A program made the translations under genes and the position numbers. A stretch of 64,000 nt of DNA from Octopus sinensis. Taxonomy: Eukaryota. The stretch covers positions 4,464,001 to 4,528,000 of the forward strand of contig NC_043007.1 of assembly GCF_006345805.1 (NCBI RefSeq), read 5' to 3'. Positions 39,491 to 52,389 of the stretch are shown here, in pieces. Position 1 is the first letter of the stretch; every line of letters starts with the position of its first letter. The notes below the pieces were generated by a model. It had not been told where the DNA came from and did no database searches. It was given only the letters and a program-made list of their open reading frames with translations.

Positions 39491-40559
39491 TGTAATTAAT
39501 ACCTGGCTTTCAGACACCAGTTCCTTCAACAGGTATTTATTACTAACAGGACAATTAGTCGTTATTCAACTGCTACATTTGATGTAACATTGGATGAATA
39601 GGAGTTCTTACCACTCGAATGTGGTTGGAAACCTGAAATTCTATATGACCTAAGCAGCTATCACCTTATATTATACATTTATTATACATTTATTTTTAAA
39701 TTTTATGTTGTTATCTATGGAATGCTTGGAAGTGCATCCTTTATCAGAGTCAGGAAGAACTACAGTATACTTACCGAAGTGCTTATACAGTATGTTTATA
39801 CAGTACAGTAGGTTAATCCATATTAATTCAGTCTTCAGTTAATTTTGCTGGGAATGGTTCTGTACATTCTGTCTTGGCATTGAAACTGTTTCTGTCTGTC
39901 GTTTACTATAACATGAAGCAGTTTTGTAAAATATGTCCTTGTCTGTTGTTAATTTGTGTAAGATAAATAGGAATTGATAGTCTAAGCTAAAATTACTCAT
40001 CCCCCCCCCACTACTGACCAATATATCTATGGGACATAGCGGTTTATTGAGTTCTTTTGCGCTTTTGGTCATCATTTGTATCCATGCATGACATCAAGCT
40101 GAGAGAGATGATAGTCATGGCTGATGGCAGTGTTGCGTAACTGGCTGATTAAAAGCACCTTTAAATTGTTGGGTGATATGCTTGTGAAGACCTGTTGAAC
40201 CGAGTGAAAATCGTAGTTGTGGCCAATGCCAGTGCCATCTGACTGGCGCATAACAAAGCACCATTCAAACTTTGGGCCTCCTGGAGGCAGTGACAGGTGA
40301 CCAAGACCCTTGGTGATATACTGTGCTTGTGTTGACCTGTCAAGCCAAGTGAAACTGTATTCATGGCCAATGTGGGTGTCCAGTCCATGGCACTCATGTA
40401 GGTGGCATGCAAAAAGTACCCACTACACTCTCGGAGTGGTTTGCACTAGGACGGGCATCCAGCCGTAGAAACCTTGCCCGTTTTCAGTCGAACTGTCCGA
40501 CCCATGCCAGCATGGAAAACAGATGTTAAGCGATGATGATGATGATATATCTTTTTTAT

Positions 40560-40975
40560 CTTTTATCATTTAGTTGTTTCAGTCATTAGACTGTGGCCAT
40601 GTTGGAGCACCAACTCAAGGAACTTTTAGTAGTTGAATGTATCAACCTCAGGGCTTATTTTTTTAAAGCCTGCTATTTATTTTATCAGTTGCTTTTGTCA
40701 AACTGCTAGGTTACAGGGACATAAACACACCACCACCAGTTGTCAAGCAGTGGTGGTGGTGGGGAACAAACACAGAGAGAAAGACATATGCAGAAATATA
40801 TATACATACATATATACGATGGGCTTCTTTCAGTTTCCACCAACCAAATCTACTCACAAGGCTTTGGTTGGCTTGAGGTTATAGTAGTAGACACTTGCCC
40901 AAGGTGGCACACAGTGGGACTGAACTTGGAACCATGTGGTTGGTAAGCAAGCTTCTTATCACACAGCCATGCCTA
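40560..40975 (-). mobile_element. SINE family C
   Basis: Aligns with 30530-30930. Confidence 0.9.
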
Positions 40976-41109
40976 TTCATTTTCCTATTTTCCTATTCAA
41001 CATATATACACACATATATATATATAAAGACATGAATAAAATATATCTTGCTATATTACTCTAACAATATATATGCACACACGCACACACATATATACAT
41101 ATATATATG

Positions 41110-41146
<37 letters not shown>

Positions 41147-44100
41147 GAGTGGTTGGCATTAGGAAGGGCATCCAGCTGTAGAAACACTGCCAGATCTGAC
41201 TGGCCTGGTGCAGCCTTCGGGCTCCTCAGACCCCAGTTGAACCGTCCAACCCATGCTAGCATGGAAAGCGGACGTTAAATGATGATGATGATGATGATCT
41301 CATCTCTGTATCATTGTTATCATCACTTTGCCTCTGCTTTCCATGTTGATGTGGTTTGAACTGATCATTAGAGTCTGGACATTCCTTATCTAGAGTTATT
41401 GCACTCATGGATGGGCCAACAGAACACGTCTCACTTGTTTATTCCATTGTTGTCTTAGTTTTTGCTGTTGGATGTTCTTTCTAACACCAAATACATTACT
41501 GAGTGAATTGCATGCATATTGTCAAGGTGCCTGCATTGGAATGGTTATAACATTGTTGAAAATCTGAAGGATCTTCTCAATCCGACATTTTTCCTCTTCA
41601 TTTTCCTGTTTTCATATTCAACATTCCCTTTCAACATTTTTCCTATTCATTTTCCAACAACTTTGGAGAGAATACTCTGTGAATTTTTATTGTGAAACCA
41701 GTACTGGAGGGATTTCCTTGTACGCAGTAAGCCATAAAGTCCTCCACATCTTATGTAGTGACAGAAGGATCCAATGCAAGAAGGTGAAAGAAGAGAGTAT
41801 GAATATGTTGGAAGAAGCAGAGTGATGGGAGAGAGATGAATGAGAGGGAGCTGTGGAAGAGAAACCGTAATGGGCAGCTACATGATGGTTGTTGTTAAAG
41901 AGACTGAATAGAAAAATTGCATGCATGGAATGGTGGAGCTGGGGATAACAAACAACAGTGGGGAAAGTGAGGGACAGAAGAGAAGGAGAAGAAAAGAGAG
42001 AGAGAGTAAAGAATTGAAGAATAACAATATAGATGGATGATGATAAGAGAGAAGGCTAGCGAAGGATGATAACAGAAATGAACAGCAGTAAGAGAGACTA
42101 AGGGATGCCAATAGGGAGTGACGTAGTGAGGGTGGGGCGAATGAATGAAAGTGATGGTTAGCAGTAAAGAATGATAATGGTAATGAGTATTGAATTTAGA
42201 CAGATCTGATGCTGTTCTACATTACAGAAGCATCTTGTTGAAAGAAAGATGGAGTGGTAAAAGAGTTTTGTGATGAGGGAATAAATATGAATGTATCGAT
42301 GCCATTCAACTTTATAGAGTCAGCTCTGTGCAGTAATTAGTAGAGTAAATGATAGGGGAGAGGGTAAGGAAAAGTAGGAGGAGGAGGGGAGTAGGTTGAG
42401 AATCAATTGGGGCATAGGGAACACAACATCCAAGTGTGTATATAAATTATAAGCAGCAAGCTGCCATAATTTTTAGGGCATTGGGGGAGGGAACAAAAAA
42501 AAACTTTGCAGTTTTTGTTTGACTTTTTTCATTCTCAGTTCAAATCTTGCCAAGGTCAGCTTTACCTTTTGTCCTCCAGGAGTCACTAAAATAAAATACC
42601 AGTCAACTATTGGGGTTGATGGTATTGACTGACTCCTTCCCCTCAAAACTCTTGGCCTTGTACATAAATCAGAAACCATACTGTTTCAGTACCCTTCCAT
42701 TCCACTCTTTTAATATTTGCTTTGCCATTCTAGCAGAAGTTGGCTTCTCCAACACTGTGTGTTACAGTACACACACACACACACACTCGTGAGCATGCAT
42801 GCATCAGTGTATGTGTATATGTATGTCCCTATGAATGTCTATAAGTGTATGTATATATGTCTACATATACATACACGTACATAAGTTTGTGTGTGTATGT
42901 GTGTGTATGTATATATTTATCTTAATATGCAAAAGAGAGTTTGTGTGTGTGTGCATGTGTTCCTTATGGATTTGAAAACTGAGTGGCTGATTTTGACGTA
43001 TGACATATCAAAAGATTCAGTAATCTTTCAGCTACCAAATAAACTTTATTTTCATTTACATATTTGCATTACAAAAATTTAACATTATAATCTTTCTATA
43101 AATCACCTATCGTAAATGACATTTTATACCACCACCACCACCACCACATCACATTTTTATATGAGTGTGTATGTGTCTGTCGGTGTGTGTGTGTGTGTGT
43201 GCTCACATTTGTTACATATATTTGGCCAGTGACTGACAAGTATATGTGTGTGTGTATGTGAGGCTGTTTGTGTCTCTCAGCATACATGCATTTTTGTGAC
43301 GACTGACATACACACATCTAAAGACAGACAGACACACACACAGGGACAGAAGTAGGCCTGAGATGTGTGTGAATGTCTGTCTGTATGTGACTGTACCACC
43401 CAAAGGTGAAACACACTGATTTTGAATGAGTTTAGTTTAGTTGTAACCTGGACGTTCACTTTGAAGTACCACTGTTTGGGTTTTCCTTTTCATTATGGAG
43501 AGTTGCGGTTTAAACAGTATTAACAATTACCACTACTTATGTGCTGAAATATTATTCTGGTTTTTATAACCAACATAAAGATTTGGCTGATCTGACAGCA
43601 CTCACAACACTCACAAATATACCTGAAAAAAATGTTATTCTGGTTATTATAACAAATTTGGAAACTTGGTGAAGTAGAAAACCTCAGCAGCTCTTTCAAT
43701 ATATAATTACAGAAATGTTATTCCAGTCCTTATAACCAGTTTGAAGATAATGCTTTTTTAACAGCCCTAGCATCTCTATCATGTTCCTGCTATGCTGCTT
43801 TAACAGTGTTAGTATTCAACACCATGCATTACTCTGTATTTATTACACAGAATATAACCTTACACAGTTAAAACATATAGTGATGTGAAATTAATTTATG
43901 TCTTACTACATACATCCTTCACCAAATGTTTTAAATTAATTAACATTCACAACAGCAACATATTCCTTTGTACACACTTTGATCAGCGTTTGTTTAAAAA
44001 TTGTAAAATAATAAATTACTTTTATATGAAAAATTGAATTATGCCGTCTGAATGTTTTTGGAGCTTGATTTTCTTCACTGCAACATTCAATCCTGAATTT

Positions 44101-44349
44101 TGTAATGTTTAGTACATGTTCCAAATAAATGTTGACTTTCTGTACTTTGTTACATTAGTGACGCATAGTAATTTTTGCTAATTTGGTGACTTTCCAATGC
44201 TGGAATATTTCTTTTGGAAATATTCCCTAAAAAATTGTTTTTATAGCATAACTATGCCACAGAAAGTATGTTTTGCACCTATATTGACTACATTTCATTT
44301 CACTTGAACTTTGTGTGTGTACAGTTTGCTGTTTTCAATATTTATTTTT

Positions 44350-44570
44350 TTTTCTTTACTACCCACAAGGGGCTAAACATAGAGGGGACAAACAAGGACA
44401 GACAAAGGAATTAAGTCGATTACATCGACCCCAGTGCGAAACTGGTACTTTATTTATCGACCCGAAAGGATGAAAGGCAAAGTCGACCTCGGCGGAATTT
44501 GAACTCAGAAAGTAACGACAGACGAAATACCGCTAAGCATTTCGCCCGGCGTGCTAACGCTTCTGCCAGC
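44350..44570 (-). mobile_element. SINE family A, young CpG-rich copy
   Basis: Near consensus, 5'-truncated, flanked by ttt(g/a)ctgttttcaatatt. Confidence 0.9.
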
Positions 44571-44589
44571 TTTACTGTTTTCAATATTA

Positions 44590-46557
44590 TCAATTCCATG
44601 AGTGTCTGTGTGTCTGTGAGTGTGTGTGTGTATCTGCATTCATTACATCTATAGTAAACCATAGTAAAGGACATTTTGTGCCGTTTTAGTGAGCTCACAT
44701 CTAATGAAGAAGCCTTCGTTATGGTAGGTGATCCCCACGACAATCGTGACATTCTCATTATTGCCTTAAGCATGTTTCAGAGACTCATCCCTCCTATGAT
44801 GCTCTGCAGTTTCCTCTTATTCTGTGGAATGGACAAGATGGGTGTCACTTCAATATTCCACAGGTTGAACCTGCAACAGGAGAGTCAATTACAGACAAAA
44901 AAAGGGGTCATCGAATGCCTTCTATTCTTAACAATTGATGTTAGACCAGAACATTCAAATCAATTACACCTGTATTGATTTCAGCAATACCTGGTTGATG
45001 TCTATGCTGAAGGTGAGAGTCAGCGTCTCCTCTACATTCACCACAATCAAATAATAGTTAAGGGCTAAAAATTATGCTCACCTCCAAGATGCTCTGAGGA
45101 CAGTTAGTGATATTCAAAACGTGGGGCAACTCATAATCTTCCCATCATCATTCACAGGTGGTCCTTGATATATGCATGAACAAACACAAGATGCTATGAC
45201 ATTTGCCAGGACAAATGGAAAAGCAGATCTTTTTGTCACTTTCACCTGCAATCTTAAACGGGTGGAAATAAAATCTAACCTTCTTCCAGTGTTACATCTT
45301 CTGGTATTGCAGCTACCCTCCTCAACTGGGGGAAGAACTGCTCATTCCATGTTCAAGCTCCCTCTAAACCTTGCAATGAAAGAATCTCATACGTGCATCA
45401 TTTCCCAAAACTCTGCAATGGCAACAGTTCCTCCAACAAGCTTGTCTCATTGTTTGGGATGAGTGCATCGTGGAGCACCAGAGGTACTTGACCGTATCCT
45501 CTGAGACATAAAAGAACAATAGCATGCTCATGGGAGGAGTAATAGTTCTTCTTGCAGGGGATTTTCATCAGACGTTGCCAGTTGTCCCCAAGGATCAAAA
45601 GCTTAAAAAAAAAATCGTACATTTGGAGACACGTGAAAAGACTTCATCTTACAAGCAACATCGGAGTACTTCTACAAGATGATTGTACGAGATTCTTAAG
45701 ATTGGTAACGGGATATTAACATTCAACTCAAGACTTCAGCTCCGTGAAATTACATGCGGTGAATTGATACTTTCTCTTACAGATCTTATGGCTAAAGTGT
45801 TTCCTAATTATGTGAAAGAGCTTTTATTAGCTCCAACTAATGAAATGGTTGATAAACTCAATCATAAACTTCTTCAAAAGTTAACAAATACATCACAAAT
45901 GACTTTTCAATCAATTGACAACAGTTGATCAAAATCAGGTTGTTCAATACCCTGTCGGATTTCTGAATCCACTTAAATCCACTGGGATGCCACCACATAA
46001 CTTGACAATAAAACTGGGTGCTCCTATTAAGCTGCTTAAGAATCTTGACCCATCTCACTTGTGTAATGGAATTTGCTTAATTGTTATTTCCATGAAGCCA
46101 TATGTCCTAGAGGCAACAATCATAACAGGTAGTCACAAAGGAGAGAATGTCTTTATTCCAAAAATTCCTCTCATACCATTTCCATTTCCAATCAAACTAA
46201 GTTTTGTTATTTCAATTAACAAATCTCAGGGTCAATCCCTCAAGGTAGTTGGACTTGATCTCTCTACTCCATGCTCCTCCCATGGCCAACTCTATGTTGC
46301 TTGCTTGCAAGTTGGAAGCAGCAACAATTTATTCATCTTGAGACCAACAAAAAATTACCCAATGAACAGTGTTTACCCTGAGCTGCTTCTACATTGACAG
46401 ATTTTCAGTTCGAAATTCTGTTGTGTTTACAACTTGGATATTGTTTAATAAAATATAGATGTTTTGAAATAATTATGAGAATATATCTTTATATTTATTG
46501 TTTACTAATCTGAATAAGAACAACAGTAATCCAAGCAACACCAAGTCATTCAGCTAG
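44590..46557 (+). mobile_element. Internally deleted, decayed Helitron (RepHel pseudogene)
   Basis: Rep-region pieces VSETHPSYDALQFPLI, FQQYLVDVYA, ILPSSFTGGP*YMHEQTQDAM and DLFVTFTCN. PIF1 helicase pieces GGRTAHSMFKLP, LLAGDFHQTLPVVP, LAPTN, GMPPHNLTIKLGAPI, INKSQGQSL and HGQLYVA. The 3' end is a decayed hairpin plus CTAG|T at 46554-46558; the 5' end is approximate. Confidence 0.92.
45915..46397 (+). pseudogene. PIF1-like helicase C-terminal fragment of the Helitron
   Basis: The ORF carries INKSQGQSL and SHGQLYVACLQV (canonical VA-SRV lost); upstream frames are broken. Confidence 0.9.
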
Positions 46558-46697
46558 TATATATATAAATTGAAGGACTGGTGTCAATCCATTGAGGCCA
46601 TTTCTAACGAATTTTTTAATTGATCAATGAGTATACTACATCATTATAAAAAAAACATTTTCTTCAGATGAATACATAAATTTTACAATCAAAGACA

Positions 46698-47085
46698 TCT
46701 TTATATATAAAAGTAAGGTTGTGTGTCTGTCTCCTACGATTTAGATTCCTAACTACTCCCACAGTTTAACCAAAACCGGGTATCTTATAGTCGTGATTCA
46801 TATCGAGCCCTTCTGGGTATTAGTGCGCGTCTACGATGAGTCTACGATTTTAAAAAAAAATTACCATCATTTTTTTCCATTTTAATGCATTTTTTCGCTA
46901 TTATATAAGGGAAGTAACTCTCTAAAAATGTCTACGATGAGTCAACGATTTAAAAAAAAATTTACCATAATTTTTTCCCCATTTTGAATGCCTTTTTTTG
47001 CTATTTTTTTGGCTATAACTCTCTAAAAAATGCTTATATAGTTATTTCCCTTACAAACCCGAGCAACGCCGGGCGATACTGCTAG
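46698..47085 (+). mobile_element. Non-autonomous Helitron (388 bp)
   Basis: A|TC 5' end, subterminal hairpin cccgagcaacgccggg, CTAG|T 3' end and no TSD. Internal tandem duplication of about 100 bp (46830-47030). Confidence 0.92.
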
Positions 47086-47226
47086 TTTAAAATAATCTAA
47101 AATCTGTGGCACATATTTAGTGATTCCACGACTGGCTCTTGCTGCAGAATTACTAAATATGTATGTGCCATGGATTTTAAATTATTTTAAGTTATTTTTA
47201 AATGACCTTGATTGTAAAATCCTTCT

Positions 47227-47319
47227 ATTCATCTGAAGAAAAGGTTTTTTTTTTTATAATGATGTAATATACTCACTTATCAAGAAAAAAACAAATCGTT
47301 TGAAACGACTGTAATGGAT
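47227..47319 (+). ncRNA. Type I hammerhead ribozyme with intact core and long stem II
   Basis: attcat-CTGAAGA (47233-47239)-long hairpin-GAAA (47302-47305)-C-gact-GTA-atggat. Stem I is 6 bp with one G-U; the predicted cleavage triplet is GUA. Confidence 0.65.
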
Positions 47320-47617
47320 TGCCACCTGTCCATCAATTGTTATTTTTTTTTAATTCACTGCTATTAGCCCCCCCCCGCCCCACGTATTCCGAAGTATATT
47401 ATGGACTGTATATTCAATAAAATGTCCATGTCTGAATAGCTGAAGACGAGATTATATTCTCAGTTGGGTCCAATTAACTGGATACAATACTCCGATGTCT
47501 TTCTGCCAGAACTTCTGTACCAAGCTTGGGATTAATATAAAGATTGTTGTTGTGCATGCATTTTACTCCAACCTAACTAGGTGCCTCACAGTTTAAGTAC
47601 CTTATTGAAACGAATCT

Positions 47618-47785
47618 TGTTTTTTCTCTCCTTGTTTCTCTCCTTGTTTTTTCTGCGTCCCTTTCTGTAGAAGAGCGTAGGCTCGAAACATTAAAGACCT
47701 TTTCAATTCCCGAGCGTTATACTAATACATCTGTTTGTTTTCTACACCACCTGTCTTCGTCTTTTGTTATTTTGTGAATTCTCCC
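47618..47785 (+). mobile_element. PLE terminal-repeat-like family H with hammerhead variant (47661-47696)
   Basis: cttt-CTGTAGA-A-GAGC-gtag-GCTC-GAAACATT-aaag; homologous to 52067-52234 and ends in (TA)n. Confidence 0.7.
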
Positions 47786-47798
<13 letters not shown>

Positions 47799-47822
<24 letters not shown>

Positions 47823-48130
47823 CTTTATTCCTGTGTTTATTTATAACAATGTTTACAGTAACAAAATAAAGTATTGAGTACTTCAGGAAGAAGACCCTGG
47901 TATATTCTTCATTGGATGGTTAACTTTGTAAACTGCTCACCTAATAAACTGTGTGTGTGTGTGGTGTGTGTGTGTGTGTGTCTTTATTCCTGTGTTTATT
48001 TATAACAATGTTTACAGTAACAAAATAAAGTATTGAGTACTTCAGGAAGAAGACCCTGGTATATTCTTCATTGGATGGTTAACTTTGTAAACTGCTCACC
48101 TAATAAACTGTGTGTGTGTGTGTGTGTGTT
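47799..48130. repeat. Tandem duplication of a 127-bp unit between (TG)n tracts
   Basis: 47823-47949 and 47982-48108 appear identical (period 159). Confidence 0.95.
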
Positions 48131-48789
48131 TATGCATGTGTGCACATGTGCATGCATATACAGTTATAAACAAGTATATAAATAGTAAACGATGGGAGAA
48201 TGCCATTAATAGAAATGCTAAAATCAAAGACAACAGCTATTTTTACCTTGTTCCAGATATTCATTAGATTAATATAATTTATGTATTGAGATTCGTTAAG
48301 ACTTTTTTCAAACAATCAAGTGGAAACTTTAACTCTGAAAATCTTTATGAACACCAATGGATTAAACCAAATGCAAATCTCTAACAATACAAAAATGGCT
48401 GTTATCTTGGTTTCCATAATTTCTACTAATAACATAGAGTAATAATGATGATAATAATAATAATAATAATAGTAATAATAATAAAGCAAATACATAACAA
48501 AAATACCAGGACTAATGAATAAATATAACATACAGAAAACAACACTACTAGGCACCACACACATCCTATGTAAAACACTTTCAATCCAGTGAAAATAAGA
48601 GCATCACAACAAACCACAGCACATACCCAAGGCACACAGAGCTGTGGTTGGTATTGCAGTGAAAGCATGTGATAAAAATAAAGCTACTGAATAATAATAA
48701 TAATAACAATAACAATATAACAATAATAATAATAATAATAATAATATAATAATAATAATAATAGTAATAGTAATAGTAATAATAATAAT

Positions 48790-49005
48790 CCTTTCTGCTA
48801 TAGGCACAAGGCCTGGAGTTTTGCGGGGAGGTGGGGACAATCGATCACATCGACCCCAGTACTTGACTAGTACTTAATTTATTGTCCCTGAAAGGATGAA
48901 AGGCAAAGTCGACCTCGACGGAATTTGGACTCAGAACGTAACGACAGGTGAAGTACCACTGAGCATTTCGTCCAGTGTGCTAATGTTTCTGCCAGCTCAG
49001 TGCCT
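48790..49005 (-). mobile_element. SINE family A (variant 3' end) within (TAA)n tracts
   Basis: Family A core and head; matches 58373-58587 in reverse. Confidence 0.9.
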
Positions 49006-49284
49006 TACAATGATAATAATAATAATAATAATAATATTGATAATAATAATATTTCAGAAGATGTATCATCTCTCTCTCTCTCACCCCCATACACTCTCTA
49101 CTCATGTATTGCTGACACTGCAATCAAATAATATGGTCGATGTGTCCAAAGCGCCATCTACAACAACAACAACAACTAGACATTCTCTAAATAATATTTT
49201 TGGCCATCCTTACAAAGGATTTCTCACCAAAAGTGTAAATAATGTTGGTATATATACTTATGTAGAATGGTTACTAAAACACAT

Positions 49285-49336
<52 letters not shown>

Positions 49337-51869
49337 ATGCATACATACATACATGCATTCACATATTCATTCGTTCATTCTTTGTATTCCAATCAGTTTA
49401 GAGTTGCCTTGGTTAGTAATGAAAGGAGTCCAAAAGCCTGAAATGCATTTACCTGTCCATAGGGGATAATCTGAACTGATTTTTGTGGTTTTAACATGTC
49501 CTGCCTAAAGCAGAAATCTTTCCCCATGGCAAAGCACAGTGAAAAGGCCTCTTTACAGGTTTGAGACATATTTGAATTGATCTACAGTTTGTTCACTTTA
49601 GATCACTGCTGCTTTGCATATCACACATACAACATGTCTGGGCAGAGTTCCTGGCTACCAATTTCACTCGTAAGGCATTGGTCAACAAAAGGTTCTGCTA
49701 GAAAACTCTTCACTTACCCAAGACATCACACAGTGGCACCAAGCAAAGAACCATGTGGTTGAAAAGGAAACTTTTCAGCATGTATTGAGTTCTTTTTTTT
49801 TCTCATTTGCAAAATAAAATTTGATAAATGAGAGATCTATGTCTTGAGAGGGAAATTTGGTAAACAGAATCTTTATAGAAGCCTTTTTTGTTGTGCAATG
49901 GAGAAGTTTGTTTCCCAATCATTTGGTTTTGTTCTCAGTCCCATAATATGGCACTTTCTACAGCAACCCCAGGTTCATACAACCACAAAGTCTTATGAGT
50001 GGATTTGGTGGACAGAAACTGAAAAATCCTTACACACACACGTACACACGGCTGCATGTGTGTGTGTATTTGTGTGTTTCCACCCTGCTTGCTAGTTTGC
50101 AAACAATAGCTTCCTGTCAGCGTCATTGACTTGCACAGCATCGCAAAAGGATATCTGGATGTCCAGACTTCTTCACATCTCTTCATATGTTGCACGAAAC
50201 TTTGTATAAAAAGGGTTCCTTAAACAGTGTTGTTTCTTTCCAGTTCCCTACATAAAACATGTCCAGGCTGTTAGTTTTTTGATAGACTGGGAGATTATTA
50301 ACCCACTAGAAAACAGAGATTAGTAACAGGAAGAGTATGTAGCAGTAAAAAATCCCTGCTTCAACATACACTCATCTGATGCATGCCGGCATGGAAAAAT
50401 AGATGTTAAAACGATAAAGATGATGATGATGATGATGCTGATGCACACACACACACACATGTCTATATATCTGTGTATGTATGTATCTCTGCATGTCTTT
50501 GCAATGATTCTGTTTCAGCAGGGGTGATAGGCTTATGTTTTCCCTAAACAAAATGTCAGACTGCAGTTTGATGTGCTGAGGTGTGAAATGATATCTTATT
50601 TGGCAAAGAGATAAGGATTGGCATTAGGTTCCTATTCGAAAAGAAAGATCTTGTTTTGGGAAACAAATAAGTACCGGCATCAAGATGGGCATCCAAGTGT
50701 AGAACACTGCCTCAGAATGCCTCATCTAACCCATGCCACCATTGGAAAAGCTGACATTAAACCAGTGGTGGTGATGATGAAGATGATTATGATGATGAAA
50801 CACACACACACACACACACATACACACACACACACACACACGCACGCACACACACACACACACACACATATCAATTGTATAGATGAAAATAAAATTACCT
50901 TTCATAGTTGCACACACACATGCACACGTGCACCGATATGCAGAAAACATCTCTTAAATCAACGCATATGCACTTGTAAAGTGAAGAAAAAATCTGAAGT
51001 AGGGAGGAAACCATTTTTAGAGTCACACTCACACGTTCTAAAGCAAATTGCTTTACACCACTCGTATTCATTACACACACATCACGTACAGACTTTGCCA
51101 CACACACACACAAGCTATTTACACATGCACACACATAATAATAAATGAAATATAAATAAGAAGAAAACTGCTGAGGAAACAGACTGCAACCTTGAGCTGT
51201 ATCTCCAAAATAGACTGTAGTTCTTCCAAATGGTTCTTTTAATAGATCTTCAGGCCAGACCCTTCAGATCTGTTCACTAGAATATTGTTTCCACTAAATT
51301 TGCTAACTGGAAGCTATGATTTCCAGCTAATCACTCCAAAGAAATTTCTAAAACTAATTGTTACAGAAATTGCATGATTTTTTTTCCTTCGTTCCGTTCC
51401 AAACCATTCCACTCCCACACCACCGGCATACACAACCACTACCACTACCATTCACATCCAGTAGATTAGCATCATTACCATCATTGTAATCAGAACTGTT
51501 GAAATTAACCATCACCACCAGCATACCATAGCCTGTACTATCATCACAATTAATATCAGCATCACTACTACTACTACTATTACTATTGCTGCTGCTGCCA
51601 CCTACACACGTGAGTGGTACCAGCACCTTCCCACTTCACACAGCAGTTAGTAATTCCAAACCAGAAAGGTGAAGAACAAGGTGTGGTTTGGAGGAGGTGG
51701 GTGAGGGGGGTGAGGAGAGGCGAAACTCAACCTGAGTGGATTCTGGTGAAGTGGAAGCAACAACAAGAGTTTGCTTACTTATCCACATCTACACCATCTC
51801 CCTTGCTCTCCTCTTCCTTCTCTCCCTCTCTCTTTTCCTCTGTGTTTGTATATGTATTTATATATATAT

Positions 51870-51925
<56 letters not shown>

Positions 51926-52035
51926 GTATATATATATATATATGAAGATATATATATATATATATTATATAATATGTATGTATACATATATATATATATG
52001 AATATATGTGTGTGTATGTGTGTATATATATATAT

Positions 52036-52234
52036 AACGCCATGTTGGATCGTTAACCCTTACACGCAATTTTTTTCTCTCCTTGTTTCTTTTCTGTGTA
52101 TCTTTCTGTCGAAGAGCGTAGGCTCGAAATGTAAAAGACTTGTTTTATTTCTATTCCTGAGCGCCATACTAATACATTGTTTGTTTGTACTCCACCTGCC
52201 TTCGTCTTTTGTTTATTTTCGTAAACTTTCCCGT
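52036..52234 (+). mobile_element. PLE terminal-repeat-like family H with hammerhead variant (52101-52138)
   Basis: tcttt-CTGTCGA-A-GAGC-gtag-GCTC-GAAATGTA-aaaga; embedded in (TA)n on both sides. Confidence 0.7.
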
Positions 52235-52263
52235 TATATATATATATATATATATATACACAG

Positions 52264-52309
<46 letters not shown>

Positions 52310-52389
52310 ACATACATAAACATGCATATTTGTAAAGTACGTGTTTATTTGTGTGTAATATGTGTGTATGCATGCATGTGTGTGTGTAT

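Larger units (their letters stand above)
46568..47338. mobile_element. Foldback (palindromic) element of about 380 bp with a hammerhead in each arm, interrupted by a Helitron
   Basis: 46568-46697 plus 47086-47125 is the imperfect reverse complement of about 47140-47338, e.g. aattgaaggactggtgtcaatccatt vs aatggattgccacctgtccatcaatt. Confidence 0.85.

Noticed and set aside
43540-43760. Three degenerate units of about 80 bp (aaatgttattctggt..ttataac)
   Set aside because: Old minisatellite-like similarity only, with no further structure seen.
45915-46397. Host PIF1 helicase gene
   Set aside because: It lies inside a Helitron with Rep fragments and a CTAG end, has broken upstream frames and has a mutated motif VI.
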